Below, piece after piece: positions 5,536 through 6,703 of a DNA stretch of 6,703 nt. The DNA comes from Nitrososphaerota archaeon (GTDB lineage Archaea; Thermoproteota; Nitrososphaeria; Nitrososphaerales; UBA57): positions 1 to 6,703 of the forward strand of contig VHBL01000009.1 of assembly GCA_016871995.1 (NCBI GenBank). Direction: 5' to 3'. The notes beneath the pieces are model-generated. The model was given only the letters and a program-made list of their open reading frames with translations, had not been told where the DNA came from and searched no databases. Every line of letters begins with the position of its first letter. Positions within the stretch are counted from its first letter, which is position 1. Position numbers and translations under genes: made by a program.

Positions 5536-6703
5536 CTACGTCACGGCAGCCAAGTAGGCCATTCTTCCGCCATATGCGGTTATCAGGCGGGGTATTCGAA
5601 TCTGTCGGAAGAACGGGAATATGTTCGTGGCCATCCAGCAATACCTTATCGCGATTCGGCCAGCATGTCCTAACGAGTATCCGCACGAGGCAAGCCTCAT
5701 TTCATACTCCACGGGCCACGCGCTTATCTCTTCGATTGTGGGAAGGTATCTGATTCCCTCATAGTAACTTGAGCGTGCCCTGTCGGGTTTTACCTTCTTA
5801 GAGTCCGCTAACTCTGCGTACGACTTCTCAAGGCTCCTCACAACCTTCGGAGCTGAATACTCGCTCAGCGCTTTTTCATAGCCCCTTAGACCCATGTTCC
5901 TCGCTTCGTTCCTGTTTCTCAGGAGACGTAGCAAGGCATCGCTGTAGGAGCGCGGTGTGTTTGCGACCAACCCCGTAGTTCCGTGCTCCACTGCCTCTAT
6001 TTGTGCATTATCAGCCCAGTCAGTTGAGTTCACCACTATGGGCTTCCTTGCCGCCATTGCTTGCACGATTGTATTGCCAAACGATTCTCCGATGTGGGAG
6101 GCATGAGCAAGAATGTCAATACTGTGGAAAAGCTCAATGAGTTGCTCATCAGGAACTTCATTTACGATCCTGAAATATCGTGAGAGACCCCATTTTCTGA
6201 TTTTGGAGAGAGCGAGAGGGTGTATTCCCCCGACTATGAGGAATCGTACTCTTGGGAACCTCTCCACCAGCAAAGAAAATGCATGAAGCGTGAAGAAACT
6301 CCATTTGCTCAAGTCAGGTCGGCCCACACGGCACAACAAGGGAATATCAGGCTCGACATCAAGTGACTGTCTTATCTTCTGGACTTTCGCTTCCGTGGGG
6401 CGCAATCTAGCGAACTTCTCTACATCGACGGCAGAGGTGACGACTCGACCGTTAGTCAGAAAATCCTCGACTCTGAGGCCTCCGTGTGATATGTAACGGA
6501 TGGCCGCAGTCTTGCTCTGCAACATATGCCTATCAATTAGCGAACTGTTAGGACTACGGTCAAAAAGACCAAAAACGTTCAGTTCAGTCCTAATCGGTAC
6601 ATTGGCTCGAAGGCTTGCCCCGAATATCTCCGAATGCTCTTTCCCACCCCTGTAGAAATGCAATATGTCTATTCCCTCGTTTTTCATGAACTGAGTCAGT
6701 ATG
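5536..6703 (-). CDS. GT4-family (GT-B fold) glycosyltransferase; the 5' end is off-window and there is an unusual ~90-codon C-terminal extension
   Basis: The minus frame is open from the window edge. ...ILTQF precedes the first ATG at 6687, and the usual first ~70-90 residues of the N-terminal Rossmann domain are missing, so the true start is outside the window. The GT4 C-terminal domain reads DIPLLCRVGR....K......AF..L..RFPRVRFLIVGG...LF.SIDILAHASHIGESFGNTIVQAMAARKPIVV....A...EAVEHGTTGLVAN...YSDALLRLL.N.NEARNMG..GYEKALSEYS...V..LEKSY. It stops at TAG 5538-5536. GT similarity ends near 5809. Confidence 0.85.
   Translation of the reverse strand, partial: ILTQFMKNEGIDILHFYRGGKEHSEIFGASLRANVPIRTELNVFGLFDRSPNSSLIDRHMLQSKTAAIRYISHGGLRVEDFLTNGRVVTSAVDVEKFARLRPTEAKVQKIRQSLDVEPDIPLLCRVGRPDLSKWSFFTLHAFSLLVERFPRVRFLIVGGIHPLALSKIRKWGLSRYFRIVNEVPDEQLIELFHSIDILAHASHIGESFGNTIVQAMAARKPIVVNSTDWADNAQIEAVEHGTTGLVANTPRSYSDALLRLLRNRNEARNMGLRGYEKALSEYSAPKVVRSLEKSYAELADSKKVKPDRARSSYYEGIRYLPTIEEISAWPVEYEMRLASCGYSLGHAGRIAIRYCWMATNIFPFFRQIRIPRLITAYGGRMAYLAAVT

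Noticed and set aside
5273-5686. Track ORF 5273..5686 (-, 137 aa) as a stand-alone gene
   Set aside because: Its C-terminal ~65 residues are the middle of the second GHMP-kinase N-terminal domain. Residues just upstream (RVRVDNNENSTSGYAGWR) are an out-of-frame reading of LIITKTPLRVTLGGVG. The GTG start lies inside the GT ORF extension. It is a composite created by frameshifts.
52-5753. Other track ORFs: 52..276(-), 113..331(-), 270..452(-), 499..690(-), 964..1176(-), 1122..1316(-), 1261..1461(-), 1571..1873(-), 1847..2032(+), 2383..2598(-), 2623..2931(-), 3096..3290(-), 3702..3938(-), 4672..4947(-), 4970..5197(-), 5034..5276(+), 5493..5753(+), plus 6290..6496(+)
   Set aside because: Each lies antisense to, or out of frame within, a region with clear homology in another frame. 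Their compositions are Ser/Leu/Arg/Pro-rich shadow sequences with no recognisable motifs.
1-6703. CRISPR repeats, tRNA/rRNA, IS or transposase ends, integrase genes, long direct or inverted repeats flanking the decayed block, defence or toxin-antitoxin genes
   Set aside because: None were seen on reading both strands. Every sizeable stretch except about 5539-5808 and parts of 250-553 is explained by sugar-biosynthesis gene homology. Short repeats would need a computational self-alignment (dot plot) to exclude rigorously.

Overview
This window is part of a sugar-nucleotide / surface-glycan biosynthesis locus, and most of it is decayed genes. Three reading frames look intact: an extended-SDR NAD-dependent epimerase/dehydratase (554-1507, +), an HddC-type sugar-1-phosphate nucleotidyltransferase (3607-4332, +) and a GT4 glycosyltransferase (5536 to beyond 6703, -). 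The short ORFs between them in the six-frame track are not independent genes. Read across frames, they re-assemble into a TylF-like O-methyltransferase (1786-2406) and a gmhA-gmhB-hddC-hddA operon (2414-5211), the pathway to GDP-D-glycero-alpha-D-manno-heptose. In that operon gmhA, gmhB and hddA each carry several frameshifts and/or in-frame stops. A second, divergent GHMP-kinase N-terminus lies on the minus strand (5514-5208) and meets the truncated 3' end of hddA tail-to-tail. The left 550 nt are a mosaic of unrelated gene ends: a DegT/RfbH-like C-terminus, a GT C-terminal remnant and a possible GT N-terminal remnant. I see no rRNA, tRNA, CRISPR array, IS element or long repeat, and I found no convincing novel system. 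The points worth a second look are the selective multi-lesion decay of a heptose-glycan pathway with three surviving genes, the tail-to-tail kinase junction, and an unassigned coding-like stretch behind the GT. All family calls come from motif recognition by eye, with no searches run. Frameshift coordinates are approximate (about +/-10 nt), and the taxon cannot be determined from this window.
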